A stretch of DNA of 64,000 bases, taken from Dehalococcoidia bacterium (GTDB taxonomy: Bacteria; Chloroflexota; Dehalococcoidia; Plut-88900). How positions within the stretch are numbered: position 1 is the stretch's first letter; each line of letters starts with the position of its first letter. The notes under the pieces were generated by a model. It was not told where the DNA came from, did not search any database, and saw nothing but the letters and a program-made list of their open reading frames with translations. The stretch spans positions 416,001 through 480,000 of the forward strand of contig CBDFLQ010000007.1 of NCBI GenBank assembly GCA_965249275.1, given 5' to 3'. This document shows positions 19,829 through 29,944 of this stretch, in pieces. A program made the position numbers and the translations under genes.

Positions 19829-20088
19829 TTAAAGGATGGATATATGAGAGCGGATACCGCGGTGGCTAAGCACTCCCCCAAAATTGAGCCGGAGTCCCAT
19901 TTGTGATAACCTAGCGCCCGTCGGGGCTTGGAACCATTGGCCCGGGAAAGCGATGTCGGACAAGCAATACTACGGTTATTTCCTCGCAATCCCTCCTCCA
20001 TACGGACCTTACCCGACAGGCGAAAGCCATCTACAGCTGAATCCGGCGTTGCGCCAGGTTCAGACTCATATCGTGATGGGGTAAGGCA

Positions 20089-21162
20089 TTGGCTAAGGCC
20101 GGAAGGCTAGCCGGTAGCGTCATAGGCGCAATAGTGGCCGCCCTCCTGGGGCTGGGCATCGGCCTTTCTCTTTCAAAAGCCGGCATCCTCGAAGGCTGGA
20201 ACACTTGGATAACCCTGGGCTCGAGCGTTCTGGGGTTCGGGTTCGGACTACTCGCCACCGCTCTTGTCATCATACCTGGAGTGCAAAAGATCGCCGGGCG
20301 CCTCTCATCCCTTAGGCCGGAAGTTGCCTTCTCGGGGACCGTAGGTGCCCTGGTCGGAGTAGTCCTCTCAGGCGTCTTGATCTACGCCTTTGCCGTAGCC
20401 TCTCTTGCCTACCCCTGGAATGCCATAACCCCCGTCCTTTTGGTGCTCACACTGACGGGCCTCGGGGGCTGGGCCGGTGCATCCAGGGCCACACAGGTGA
20501 TCTCCATGCTGGCCCGAGGCACAATCCCGGAAAGGGCGGCCGCCCCGGCTTCCGTTAACGGGGCCCAGAACGGGCGCTGCATCCTTGTCGACACGTCCGC
20601 GATCATCGATGGACGCATCGCCGAGATCACCCATACCGGTTTCGTAGACGGCGATCTTCTCATCCCCCGATTCGTTCTGGAAGAACTCCAGTACGTCGCA
20701 GATTCGCCAGACAGCCTCAAGCGCAATAGAGGCCGCAGGGGGCTCGACGTCCTCAACCGGCTCCAGAAAGACAGCAACGTGGAGGTCCAGATTACCGAGA
20801 TCGACGTCCCCGACCAGGACGGCGTCGACAGCAAGCTCGTGAGCCTGGCAAAACGCTCCGACTACTCACTCCTCACCACCGACTTCAACCTGAACAAGGT
20901 CGCCGAACTTCAGGGCATTAGGGTCCTCAACATCAACGACCTTGCCAACTCCCTTAAACCGACGCTCATACCCGGCGAGGAACTGAACCTCCACATTACC
21001 CAGGAGGGCAAGGAGGAGACCCAGGGAGTCGGGTTCCTGGACGACGGTACCATGGTAGTCGTCGAGGGAGGTCACAAATACCTGAACTCCCAGCTGCCGG
21101 TGGTAATCACGCGGGTGCTGCAGACCTCGGCGGGCCGGATAATCTTCGCCCACTTGAAATAG
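20089..21162 (+). CDS. PIN/TRAM domain membrane protein (YacL-like)
   Basis: N-terminal TMs, DTSAIIDGRI, RGRRGLDVL, NLNKVAELQG, GFLDDGTMVVVE; usual position before ispD. Confidence 0.92.
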   Translation: MAKAGRLAGSVIGAIVAALLGLGIGLSLSKAGILEGWNTWITLGSSVLGFGFGLLATALVIIPGVQKIAGRLSSLRPEVAFSGTVGALVGVVLSGVLIYAFAVASLAYPWNAITPVLLVLTLTGLGGWAGASRATQVISMLARGTIPERAAAPASVNGAQNGRCILVDTSAIIDGRIAEITHTGFVDGDLLIPRFVLEELQYVADSPDSLKRNRGRRGLDVLNRLQKDSNVEVQITEIDVPDQDGVDSKLVSLAKRSDYSLLTTDFNLNKVAELQGIRVLNINDLANSLKPTLIPGEELNLHITQEGKEETQGVGFLDDGTMVVVEGGHKYLNSQLPVVITRVLQTSAGRIIFAHLK

Positions 21163-21167
21163 GGGCT

Positions 21168-21887
21168 GTGGTAGACCAGGAGCGGCACCCGGCACCCGAC
21201 CAGTCCGTCGGCGCTTTGGTCCTCGCAGCGGGGCGCAGCCAGCGAATGCAGGGTATCGACAAGACATTCGCCTCCATCTTGGGTAAGCCACTCATCCTCC
21301 ACACTATTTGCGTTTTTCTCGATTGCCCCGAAATTCGGAGAGTTGTACTTGTCCTGCCCGAGTCAAATATCGAAAAGGCCTGCGCCCTGCTTGAAGGACT
21401 CGATAATTCCGGGAAGCTCACCCTATGCGCCGGGGGTGAAAGGCGTCAGGATTCCGCGACCAAGGGCCTCGACGCCCTCGGCCCGTGTGGCTGGGTCGCC
21501 GTTCACGATGGCGCACGCCCCTGCCTTTCCCCTGACATTCTCCAGAACGCACTAGCCGATGCCCGACTGTACGGCAGCGCCGTCGTCGCCGTTCCAGTGA
21601 CCGACACCGTAAAGCGCGCCGATTCCGACACCTTCATATCTGCCACCGTGCCCCGCGAAGGTCTCTGGGCCGTGCAGACTCCCCAGGTATTCCCCTTCGC
21701 CGTGTTGCAGCGCGCCTACCGGGAAGTTAGCGAGAACGTTACCGACGACGCCTCGATGGTCGAGCATCTAGGCGTTAAGATAAAGCTCACCCCCGGTTCG
21801 CCGACCAACTTGAAAGTAACCAACCCCGAAGACCTGAAACTCGCTGAGATGATCCTCGCGTCCCGAGTCCCGGAATCTGACAAGTAG
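21168..21887 (+). CDS. ispD: 2-C-methyl-D-erythritol 4-phosphate cytidylyltransferase
   Basis: LAAGRSQRM, GGERRQDS, VHDGARP, VQTPQVF, TDDAS, NLKVT. Confidence 0.95.
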   Translation: MVDQERHPAPDQSVGALVLAAGRSQRMQGIDKTFASILGKPLILHTICVFLDCPEIRRVVLVLPESNIEKACALLEGLDNSGKLTLCAGGERRQDSATKGLDALGPCGWVAVHDGARPCLSPDILQNALADARLYGSAVVAVPVTDTVKRADSDTFISATVPREGLWAVQTPQVFPFAVLQRAYREVSENVTDDASMVEHLGVKIKLTPGSPTNLKVTNPEDLKLAEMILASRVPESDK

Positions 21888-21901
21888 ACAGCTAGAGAAC
21901 T

Positions 21902-22390
21902 ATGCGCATAGGAATGGGAATCGATGTTCACGCCCTTGTCGAAGGCCGACCCCTCATTCTGGGGGGCGTCACCGTACCGCATTCTCTCGGCCTGTCCGGC
22001 CACAGCGATGGAGACGCTCTCACTCACGCCGTGGTTGATGCTCTCCTGGGGGCGGCGGGGATGGGGGATATCGGGGGCCGGTTCCCGTCCTCCGACAACA
22101 CCTACAAGGACGCCGACAGCCTGACTTTCCTCTCCGCCATTGCCCCGGAACTCCTTGGGGCAGGTTGGAGCATCGAAAACGTGGATGCTACAATAATCGC
22201 CCAGCGGCCCGCCCTTTCCCCATTCGTCAAGGAGATGGCAGCAAACATGGCTCGGGCCCTGGCCATAGACCCAAACCAGATCAACGTAAAGGCCACAACC
22301 AGCGACCGGCTGGGAATAGCCGGCAGAGAAGAAGGGATAGCAGCTTTCGCCGTGGCTCTCCTGGAACAGCAGCAGCCCCCCGACCGGTAA
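21902..22390 (+). CDS. ispF: 2-C-methyl-D-erythritol 2,4-cyclodiphosphate synthase
   Basis: MRIGMGIDVH, GHSDGD, GDIG, NVKATT. Confidence 0.96.
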   Translation: MRIGMGIDVHALVEGRPLILGGVTVPHSLGLSGHSDGDALTHAVVDALLGAAGMGDIGGRFPSSDNTYKDADSLTFLSAIAPELLGAGWSIENVDATIIAQRPALSPFVKEMAANMARALAIDPNQINVKATTSDRLGIAGREEGIAAFAVALLEQQQPPDR

Positions 22391-22395
22391 CGCCA

Positions 22396-23874
22396 ATGCA
22401 AATCTACAACACCCTGACCCGGACCAAAGAGGAGTTCGTCCCCCTGGGCGATCCCGTCAAGATGTACGTCTGCGGCATCACCCCCTACTCGGCCTCCCAC
22501 GTAGGCCATGCCATGAGCTACATCACCTTCGACGTGGTCCGCCGCTACCTTGAGTGGCGCGGCTACAATGTGCTTCACATCCAGAACTTCACAGACGTCG
22601 ACGACAAGATAATTGATCGTTCCGCATCCATCGGGTCTTCACCGAAGGACCTTGCCGAGGGCCTGATCCAGGACTATTTCAACGAGATGGATGCCCTTAA
22701 CATCAAGCGCGCCCACATCTACCCCCGCGCAACCGAGGAGATCGCCAAGATCCTCGAGATGACCGAGGGCTTGGTGGAAAACGGCGCCGCATACGCTGTT
22801 GACGGAGACGTCTACTACCGGATCAGCAGCTACTCAGACTATGGCAAGCTCAGCCACCGCACCCTCGAAGGCATGATGTCCGGGGCACGGATAGAGGTCG
22901 ACAACCGCAAAGAGCACCCGATGGACTTCGCCCTCTGGAAGTCCGCCAAACCCGGCGAACCTTCCTGGGACAGCCCCTGGGGCCCGGGCCGACCCGGCTG
23001 GCACATGGAATGCAGCGCCATGTCCCTCAAATACCTCGGGGAGAGATTTGACATCCACGGCGGCGGCCTTGACTTGATATTCCCACACCACGAAAACGAG
23101 ATAGCTCAAACCGAGGCCTTCACCGGAGTCTCCCCTTCCGTCCAGTACTGGCTCCACAATGGCCTTCTCCAACTGGATGATGAGAAGATGAGCAAGTCCC
23201 TCGGGAACCTGGTAACCGTCAATGAGGTCCTGGACGGTCATTCCGCCGACGCCCTACGCCTCTTCTTCCTCGGTTCCCACTACCGCAGCCCCCTCAGCTT
23301 CAGCGAGCGCGGTCTCGAAGCGATGGAGCGGGGCGCAACCCGCCTCCGGAACGCCGCACAGCAGGCCGACACAGGGCTAAGCAATGGAGTCCAGGTCTCC
23401 ACAGACGGCTACCGTGAGCGATTCATCGAGGCTATGGACGACGATTTCGGCACTTCCCAGGCCCTCGCCGCACTGTATGACCTAGCCCGCGACATAAATC
23501 GCGGCGCCGACTCCAGCTCGAACGTGGCAGATGCCGTAGCAATGCTTCGGGAGTTAGCCGGTGTCCTGGGGCTAACCCTCGAAGGCCAAACCGCCGGGTC
23601 CGGGGCAGATGACAAGAACTTGGCGGACCTGGTCGAGCAGGTGTCCTCCAATTTAATTGATGCCGGTCAGACAGAGATTGCAGGACAGCTTTCGGGTGCC
23701 GTGTCGGGCGAGAGCTCGGGGCCCGACGATTACGTCAAAGCCCTGATAGACGTGCGCGAAAAGCTCCGCAAGAGCCGGGAATTCTCGCTTGCAGACCAGA
23801 TTCGGGACTCCCTAACCGAGCGGGGCGTTGCCCTCAAAGACTCACCTACCGGCACCACCTGGGAGTTTGTCTAA
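22396..23874 (+). CDS. cysS: Cysteine--tRNA ligase
   Basis: MQIYNTL start at 22396, [32 protein letters not shown]. Confidence 0.97.
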   Translation: MQIYNTLTRTKEEFVPLGDPVKMYVCGITPYSASHVGHAMSYITFDVVRRYLEWRGYNVLHIQNFTDVDDKIIDRSASIGSSPKDLAEGLIQDYFNEMDALNIKRAHIYPRATEEIAKILEMTEGLVENGAAYAVDGDVYYRISSYSDYGKLSHRTLEGMMSGARIEVDNRKEHPMDFALWKSAKPGEPSWDSPWGPGRPGWHMECSAMSLKYLGERFDIHGGGLDLIFPHHENEIAQTEAFTGVSPSVQYWLHNGLLQLDDEKMSKSLGNLVTVNEVLDGHSADALRLFFLGSHYRSPLSFSERGLEAMERGATRLRNAAQQADTGLSNGVQVSTDGYRERFIEAMDDDFGTSQALAALYDLARDINRGADSSSNVADAVAMLRELAGVLGLTLEGQTAGSGADDKNLADLVEQVSSNLIDAGQTEIAGQLSGAVSGESSGPDDYVKALIDVREKLRKSREFSLADQIRDSLTERGVALKDSPTGTTWEFV

Positions 23875-23922
23875 CCGGAGCCCTTGGCCCGCTGACCACT
23901 ACCAACGCCACTCCATTATTCC

Positions 23923-24369
23923 ATGTACAGGGAAATAGAAGTTCCACCCAAGGTCACCCCGACCGACGACTCCGGCTATTTCGAAGAACTGACCAAGGCC
24001 ATCTTCCGCTCAGGATTCTCGTGGCGCGTGGTACGCAATAAATGGGCCAATTTCCGGGCGGGCTTCGACGATTTCCACATCTTCAAGGTCGCCGCCTACG
24101 GAATTGAGGACATGGAGCGCCTCTTCCAGGACGAGGGGATCGTCCGCAACCGCCGCAAGATCATCGCCACGGTGGAAAACGCCCGGAAGTGTCGGGTCAT
24201 AATCGCGGACCACGGCTCCTTCTACAACTACCTGCGGTCCATGGACGAGTTGGACTACCGGGCCAAGGTCAAAGCTCTCACCAAAGAGTTCTGGGGTCTC
24301 GGCAACACGGGCGCTTTCGTCTTCCTGCATTGCGTTAACGAAGACACCCCGACCTGGGAAGAGCGTTAG
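23923..24369 (+). CDS. DNA-3-methyladenine glycosylase I-like protein
   Basis: FRSGFSW, GIVRNRRKI.ATVENA motif of the Tag family. Confidence 0.8.
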   Translation: MYREIEVPPKVTPTDDSGYFEELTKAIFRSGFSWRVVRNKWANFRAGFDDFHIFKVAAYGIEDMERLFQDEGIVRNRRKIIATVENARKCRVIIADHGSFYNYLRSMDELDYRAKVKALTKEFWGLGNTGAFVFLHCVNEDTPTWEER

Positions 24370-24388
24370 CTTCTCAACTCCCAAAAAG

Positions 24389-24433
24389 AATCGGGCGGCT
24401 GGACAAACCAACCGCCCGATGATTCTCTCTTTT
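24389..24433. terminator. Intrinsic terminator between convergent genes
   Basis: ATCGGGCGGCTGG-ACAAA-CCAACCGCCCGAT hairpin with A-rich and T-rich flanks. Confidence 0.6.
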
Positions 24434-24444
24434 GCTCGCTACGG

Positions 24445-25554
24445 CTATGTGCCATCCAGCTTATCCCTCACCCACTGGTTAAACCGGAGCACGTGAGGCT
24501 CCGCCGGCCCGAGCACTCCCTGCTTGTGGGCCCTTGAGCGTATACCCTGGTGGGCAAGCTCACACACCCCGAAGTCCTGTTTGTTGAACAGGTCCCAGAA
24601 GTCGATAGTGTCGCTGCCATCGAAGCCGGGACTGTCCACCTGCTCCGCATCGAAGAAGAACTCGTTGGTTATTTTCGTTCTGTTCGGCCCATCCGGCCAC
24701 ATCACTATGGTCACCACGGATTCAGGCTGGAATGCCAGGACCACATTCGGATACAGGGATATGCTCCTGAAAAGTCCCATGTCCTCTTCCAAAAGTCCCT
24801 TTAGCATCGGACGTTTCGTCCTGCCATCGGCAGTCATGGTCGCCCTTTCATCCAGGAACCGCGTTCCCATTATTGAGTCCCGGCCCGTCAAGCCGGTCTT
24901 GTATATCGGCACCACTTCGCACAGTTCAGGATGAACGCTCGGGCAGTGGCCGCACTCGCTGGCGTTCTCCCAGATCTCTTTCCAGTTGGACTTTACGTCG
25001 TAGTGAAACACGTGCCCCGACTTGAGGCTCCCCAACCCATACCTGGGCAGAATAGGGTTGAGGTCTTCAAAATCTGCAATAAAGGGCTCGGGTTTGGGGT
25101 CCAGGTTGATGAAAATCAGTCCCTGCCAGACCTCGACCGGCACACGGTAGAGGGGGTAATTCTCCTTGGGCAGGTCGTCCATATACATCTCTTTCGGAAT
25201 CGCGACAAGGTCCCCGTTCATGCCGTAGGTCCAGCCGTGGTATCCGCAGGTCAGCGCCCCACCCGGCGCCCGACCCGCATCCTTGGTGCAAAGCCTCGAT
25301 CCCCGGTGCCGGCAGACGTTGTAGAAGGCATGGACCTGCATGTCCTGGTCCCGGGTAATGACTATGCTCTCGTCGCAGACGGTGCGGACAACATAGTCGC
25401 CGGGTTCCGGGAGGTTGCTGTCGTGGGCCACAAAGAGCCACGACTTGTAGAAGATGCGTTCCTTCTCAAGCTCATAGATCTCGGGATCCCAGTAGTAGCG
25501 GCTTGGAAGGGTCTTCCCTATCTCGGACGATTCCCTGACGATTTGACCTACCAT
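24445..25554 (-). CDS. Rieske non-heme iron oxygenase alpha subunit (GbcA/CntA-like group)
   Basis: CRHRG...CGYHGW Rieske motif; NWK..WEN..ECGHC..VHPE mononuclear iron motif. Confidence 0.9.
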   Translation of the reverse strand: MVGQIVRESSEIGKTLPSRYYWDPEIYELEKERIFYKSWLFVAHDSNLPEPGDYVVRTVCDESIVITRDQDMQVHAFYNVCRHRGSRLCTKDAGRAPGGALTCGYHGWTYGMNGDLVAIPKEMYMDDLPKENYPLYRVPVEVWQGLIFINLDPKPEPFIADFEDLNPILPRYGLGSLKSGHVFHYDVKSNWKEIWENASECGHCPSVHPELCEVVPIYKTGLTGRDSIMGTRFLDERATMTADGRTKRPMLKGLLEEDMGLFRSISLYPNVVLAFQPESVVTIVMWPDGPNRTKITNEFFFDAEQVDSPGFDGSDTIDFWDLFNKQDFGVCELAHQGIRSRAHKQGVLGPAEPHVLRFNQWVRDKLDGT

Positions 25555-25579
25555 AGCGATTCCTCCATGTGAAACTGGT

Positions 25580-26419
25580 TCACAGTAAAATTCGCTCCAG
25601 GACTACATCGCTGCCCACCCGGGCCCCGGTCCGGGCCGCCGCATTGCCGTTGCGCTCCGCTATTTCCACGTATCCGGCGCTGCCTATTATAGGGAATAGG
25701 TCTTCTCCCTCGGCAAAAGTGCGTGCTAGCGCATTGATGGGACATTCATCAACCATGCCTCTCACCGTGCCTTCAGGCACTTGGTCAGCGCGTATGCTCG
25801 TTATCAGGTTCCCGAACCTGTCCACATGCATTACTTTGGCCACAATCCTACCCTGTTCGTCAACTTTTGCCGAAGGACGAGGATAAGCCAGCACCGACGT
25901 AATCGGCTCACCCATGTCTGCAAGCTCAACGTCCGGCAGTTGGGACGCGACCGGTGCGAATATGTCCCGACCGTGGAAGGTGTTGCTCACTTCCAGAAGC
26001 CAGTAGCGTGAATCCGTCAGCCGGACACCCTCGAATCCCTCCGGGAGGAGACACGGGTTGGCTTCTTCGTCTTCTTTGGACTCAGGTGCCTCGTCTTCAG
26101 TCCAGACATCGGCGAGTACGTGGCTGAAGACACCGTTGTCGGGGCCGACGAAGAACTGGCCCATCCCGCTCAGGCACAGTGCATTTCGCTCAGTCCCGAC
26201 CCCCGGGTCAACCACCACGAGATGGACCGTGTCCTTGGGAAAGTACTTGTACGACATCCCCAGCACAAAAGCCGCACTCTTTACGTTGCCGGGCTCAATT
26301 TCGTGGGTTATGTCTACTATTTGGACCTGCGGGCTGATCGCCAGCAAAACGCCCTTCATCATGCCGACGTAACCGTCGCTCTGCCCGAAGTCCGTGATAA
26401 GCGTTACTATCGAGGCCAA
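25580..26419 (-). CDS. SAM hydrolase / SAM-dependent halogenase family (DUF62)
   Basis: TLITDFG, VVVDPGVG, GPDNG, SNTFHGRDIFAP, VDRFGN. Confidence 0.92.
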   Translation of the reverse strand: MASIVTLITDFGQSDGYVGMMKGVLLAISPQVQIVDITHEIEPGNVKSAAFVLGMSYKYFPKDTVHLVVVDPGVGTERNALCLSGMGQFFVGPDNGVFSHVLADVWTEDEAPESKEDEEANPCLLPEGFEGVRLTDSRYWLLEVSNTFHGRDIFAPVASQLPDVELADMGEPITSVLAYPRPSAKVDEQGRIVAKVMHVDRFGNLITSIRADQVPEGTVRGMVDECPINALARTFAEGEDLFPIIGSAGYVEIAERNGNAAARTGARVGSDVVLERILL

Positions 26420-26474
26420 TTGATTAGCGCAGTTACTGCTCGATGACTAGTTCGGGCCGAGGGACGCAGGCCTG

Positions 26475-26690
26475 TCAGGAAAAGCGTACGCTGAGGAATG
26501 AGATGAGGATAAATACGGCGATCAGGCCGATGGTAACCTGAAAAAGGGTTTTCTCAAGCCCGCGGCGTGTGCGGAAACCCGTGCTGGCCCCGCCGAACAC
26601 CCCGCCCATCCCCTGCCCCTTCACCTGGAGCAGGATCACCGCAACCAGGGCCACCGAAATAATTATCTGGACTACGTTTAGCAATGACAT
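26475..26690 (-). CDS. secG: Preprotein translocase subunit SecG
   Basis: Two TMs flanking LLQ..G.GMGGVFGG...RTRRGLEK. Confidence 0.9.
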   Translation of the reverse strand: MSLLNVVQIIISVALVAVILLQVKGQGMGGVFGGASTGFRTRRGLEKTLFQVTIGLIAVFILISFLSVRFS

Positions 26691-26725
26691 ATGGATTACG
26701 CCTTACGATCTCGCCCATTCGCGGG

Positions 26726-28237
26726 CTATTTCATACGCTCCCTGAGAAGCTCGTTCACCTTTGCCGGGTTCGCTTTGCCCCGGGTCGCCTTCATAACCTG
26801 GCCAACCAGGAACCCAATGGCCCGGGCGTTGCCTGCAGCGAAGTCGGACACTGCGTTCGGATTCTGGCTCAACACCTCTTCCACTACCGTGGCTATCTCC
26901 CCGGAATCCGTGATCTGCACCAGTCCTCTATCCTTAACGATGTCCGAAGCGGCCTTGCCGGTCTCGTACATCTCCTGGAATACGTCCTTGGCCATCTTCC
27001 CGGAAAGGGTGTTGTCATCTACCAGGTCGATTAGCTGGGAAAGGCCCGAGGTAGAAATCTTGGCTTGGCCTATGTCTTCTCCGGCTGAGTTAAGGTGCTG
27101 TGAGAAGTCTCCCAGCAGCCACACGCCCACCGACCTCGCCCTCTTCTCCGCTTTGCCGTTCTTGCTTTCGTTACTGCATCCGACAGCCTCTTCGAAAAAG
27201 TCAGCCATCGCCTTGTTGTTGACCAGGGTGTCGGCATCCTTGGGCTGGAGGCCAAATTCAGAAATGAATCTCTCGACTCGGGCGTCCGGCAGTTCGGGAA
27301 GCCGAGCCCTGATCTCATCGACCCATGCAGGGTCGATTTTCATTGCAGGTAGATCGGGTTCCGGAAAATACCTGTAGTCGTGGGCGTATTCCTTGCTCCG
27401 CTGGGACACCGTAATTCCCTTGTCTTCCACCCAGCCCCGGGTCTCCTGGTGAATCGGCAGCCCTTCCGAAGTGGCCCGCACTTGCCGCTCGAACTCGTAT
27501 CTGAGAGCCCGATACACGGCGCGGAAACTGTTCATGTTCTTAACTTCGACCTTCGATTGAAGGTCGGTCGAGCCTCGGGGCCTTATGCTGATGTTGGCAT
27601 CACAGCGGAAGCTGCCTTCTTCCATGTTGCCCGTCGAAACGCCCAGATATTGCAAAATGGTGCGCAGCTTTACGAGGTACTGACGCGCTTCCTCCGCTGA
27701 ACGCAGGTCGGGCTCCCCGACTATCTCCATGAGCGGCGTGCCTGACCGGTTCACGTCCACCCGAGACCAGCGCTCCCCGCCATCCCCGTCCACGTGAATT
27801 AGCTTCGCCGTGTCTTCTTCCAGGTGCACCCTGGTCAGCCTCGCGTTCCTGATTCCATCCTCAGTCTCCACGGAGAGCCAGCCCCCCCCGCAAAGAGGCA
27901 TGTCGAACTGGGAAATCTGGTATCCCTTCATCAGGTCCGGGTAAGGGTAGTTCTTCCGATCGAACTTCGTGTGCTCGGCAATGGTGCTGTTGAGTGCAAG
28001 GCCGGTCTTGATGGCGTATTCCACCGCCTTGCGATTGATGACAGGAAGGGTCCCCGGCATCCCGAGGCATACAGGGCAGACCCGGGAGTTGGGATCAGTG
28101 TCCGTGTAGGCTGACGCGCAGCCACAGAACATCTTGCTCCGGGTCTTGAGCTGAGAGTGTACTTCCAGTCCGATGACTGCCTCGAATTCGTCGAGAGGCA
28201 GTTCGTTGGTCGAGACAGCAGTTTTGGTAGTAGTCAA
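26726..28237 (-). CDS. gatB: Asp/Glu-tRNA amidotransferase subunit B
   Basis: VIGLEVH, FDRKNY.YPD, HLEED, EEGSFRCDAN, YRYFPEPDLP. Confidence 0.97.
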   Translation of the reverse strand: MTTTKTAVSTNELPLDEFEAVIGLEVHSQLKTRSKMFCGCASAYTDTDPNSRVCPVCLGMPGTLPVINRKAVEYAIKTGLALNSTIAEHTKFDRKNYPYPDLMKGYQISQFDMPLCGGGWLSVETEDGIRNARLTRVHLEEDTAKLIHVDGDGGERWSRVDVNRSGTPLMEIVGEPDLRSAEEARQYLVKLRTILQYLGVSTGNMEEGSFRCDANISIRPRGSTDLQSKVEVKNMNSFRAVYRALRYEFERQVRATSEGLPIHQETRGWVEDKGITVSQRSKEYAHDYRYFPEPDLPAMKIDPAWVDEIRARLPELPDARVERFISEFGLQPKDADTLVNNKAMADFFEEAVGCSNESKNGKAEKRARSVGVWLLGDFSQHLNSAGEDIGQAKISTSGLSQLIDLVDDNTLSGKMAKDVFQEMYETGKAASDIVKDRGLVQITDSGEIATVVEEVLSQNPNAVSDFAAGNARAIGFLVGQVMKATRGKANPAKVNELLRERMK

Positions 28238-28332
28238 CGTCTATCGCGGGGTAGAAACCTTGTTAATTCAGTATAGCATCGGCCCCCGACCCTAACAACG
28301 CGCACAGTCCCGCACCCTACCTGGGACTGACC

Positions 28333-28995
28333 TCAGCTCTTCCACGCCCCGTCTCCGATAAGCGGGACGAAACGGCACTGTGCCAGCCCCTTGACCCTCG
28401 GCTTGCCCTTTCGCCTTTCGATGAGTTTCAGGTCCTGCATGTCCCTGTCCCCTACGGGGAGCACCATCTTCCCGCCCACCACTAGCTGATCCATCAGCAC
28501 ATCAGGTATCCGCGGTGCCGCTGCCGACACCACAATCGCATCATACGGCGCAAGCTCCGGGTATCCCAATTGCTCCTCCACCGACTCCACCCGAACGTTC
28601 CTGAACCCAAGTTGGTCCAATCGCCCCTGGGCATCCCGCGCCAGTTCCGGTACTCGCTCCACGGTCACCACTCTAGCCGACAGCTGTGCCAGCAGGGCCG
28701 TCTGGTACCCGCTCCCCGTCCCAACCTCCAGCACTGACTCGCTTCCATTTAGGGACAATGCTTGCAGCATCAGGGCCACTATGTATGGCTGGGATATGGT
28801 CTGACCGAAGCCTATAGGCAGCGGGTGGTCCCTATAGACAAATTCCCGCGAGACCATCGGTACGAATGCCTCCCGGGGAGTGCGGGCAAAGGCGTCGAGG
28901 ACTCTACGGTCTTTTATTCTGGAGGCAAGGTCGTTCATCATCCCTTGTTGGGCGATGTCCAATGCACCCCAGTCCCCATTTTGAGCCACGTTCAC
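28333..28995 (-). CDS. pcm: Protein-L-isoaspartate O-methyltransferase
   Basis: GQTISQPYIVA, LEVGTGSGYQ, APYDAI, RFVPL. Confidence 0.93.
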   Translation of the reverse strand: MNVAQNGDWGALDIAQQGMMNDLASRIKDRRVLDAFARTPREAFVPMVSREFVYRDHPLPIGFGQTISQPYIVALMLQALSLNGSESVLEVGTGSGYQTALLAQLSARVVTVERVPELARDAQGRLDQLGFRNVRVESVEEQLGYPELAPYDAIVVSAAAPRIPDVLMDQLVVGGKMVLPVGDRDMQDLKLIERRKGKPRVKGLAQCRFVPLIGDGAWKS

Positions 28996-29061
28996 CTCAC
29001 CCCCTGGCCCGAGTCAGCGATTCAATTAGAGTGTACCAACGCAGGTCGGTATCCGCACCGG

Positions 29062-29094
29062 TGCTATAATCTCTCAACCAATCCCGTGCAGGAG
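29062..29094 (+). promoter_or_regulatory. Extended -10 promoter and SD for larB
   Basis: TGCTATAAT at 29062-29070; AGGAG at 29090-29094. Confidence 0.55.
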
Positions 29095-29101
29095 CGTCGA
29101 T

Positions 29102-29854
29102 ATCGAGCCGGAGAGAATTAGGTCCATCCTGGAGCAGGTTAAGGGCGGGTCCCTGAGCGTTGACGAAGCGTTCGAGGGGCTCCGATTCCTGCCCTATCAG
29201 GACTTGGGATTTGCCAAGATAGACCATCATCGGAGCCTACGCAAAGGCGTCCCGGAAGTGGTCTTTGGCGAGGGTAAAACCGTCCCGCAGATCACGGCCA
29301 TCACCAAGGAGCTCGCCGACCAGGCTGGCCGGTTCATGGTTACCCGCACCTCAACCGAAGCCTTCGAGGCCGTATCCAAGCAAGTACCCGACGCCCGATA
29401 CAACGAGCCTGCAAGGATAATCTGGCTGGACCGCCGAGAGAACCTAGTCCTTAAACATGGCGTGACTATCGTCACCGCCGGCACCGCCGACCTCCCCGTC
29501 GCAGAAGAGGCGGCCGTCACCTGCCGGATCATGGGCCACGACCCTCTCACCCTCTACGACGTCGGTATAGCCGGCATTCACCGGTTGCTGTCTAACGTTG
29601 AGGTCTTGCAGAAAGCCAACGTCATCGTGGCGGTTGCGGGAATGGAGGGCGCGCTTCCTAGCGTTGTCGGCGGCCTGGTCCAGGCCCCTGTTATCGCAGT
29701 CCCGACAAGCGTGGGCTACGGCGTCGGCATTGGCGGCCTGGGCGCGCTGATGACAATGCTCAACAGCTGCTCCCAAGGCGTGGCCGTGGTCAATATCGAC
29801 AACGGATTCGGGGCCGGGTACCTGGCCGCGATTATCAACCAGACCCGGTCCTGA
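29102..29854 (+). CDS. larB: Nickel pincer cofactor biosynthesis protein LarB (PurE-like); apparent ATC start
   Basis: FAKIDHHR..RKGVPEVVFGEGK, AGTADLPVAEEA, DVGIAGIHRL, AGMEGALPSV, PTSVGYG, VNIDNGFGAG; LarB-like N-terminus extends to ATC at 29102. Confidence 0.9.
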   Translation: MEPERIRSILEQVKGGSLSVDEAFEGLRFLPYQDLGFAKIDHHRSLRKGVPEVVFGEGKTVPQITAITKELADQAGRFMVTRTSTEAFEAVSKQVPDARYNEPARIIWLDRRENLVLKHGVTIVTAGTADLPVAEEAAVTCRIMGHDPLTLYDVGIAGIHRLLSNVEVLQKANVIVAVAGMEGALPSVVGGLVQAPVIAVPTSVGYGVGIGGLGALMTMLNSCSQGVAVVNIDNGFGAGYLAAIINQTRS

Positions 29855-29944
29855 TCACGGCGCTCCCCCCAAGGGACTCAACCAGGACCGCTTTCAGATT
29901 CGGTTTTCCCTGAACAGTAATGCGACCGGCGCTTGAGCGCCTCG

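Noticed and set aside
22165-22395. 77-aa N-terminal extension of CysRS in the ORF track
   Set aside because: Overlaps ispF in another frame; the conserved CysRS start MQIYNTL is at 22396
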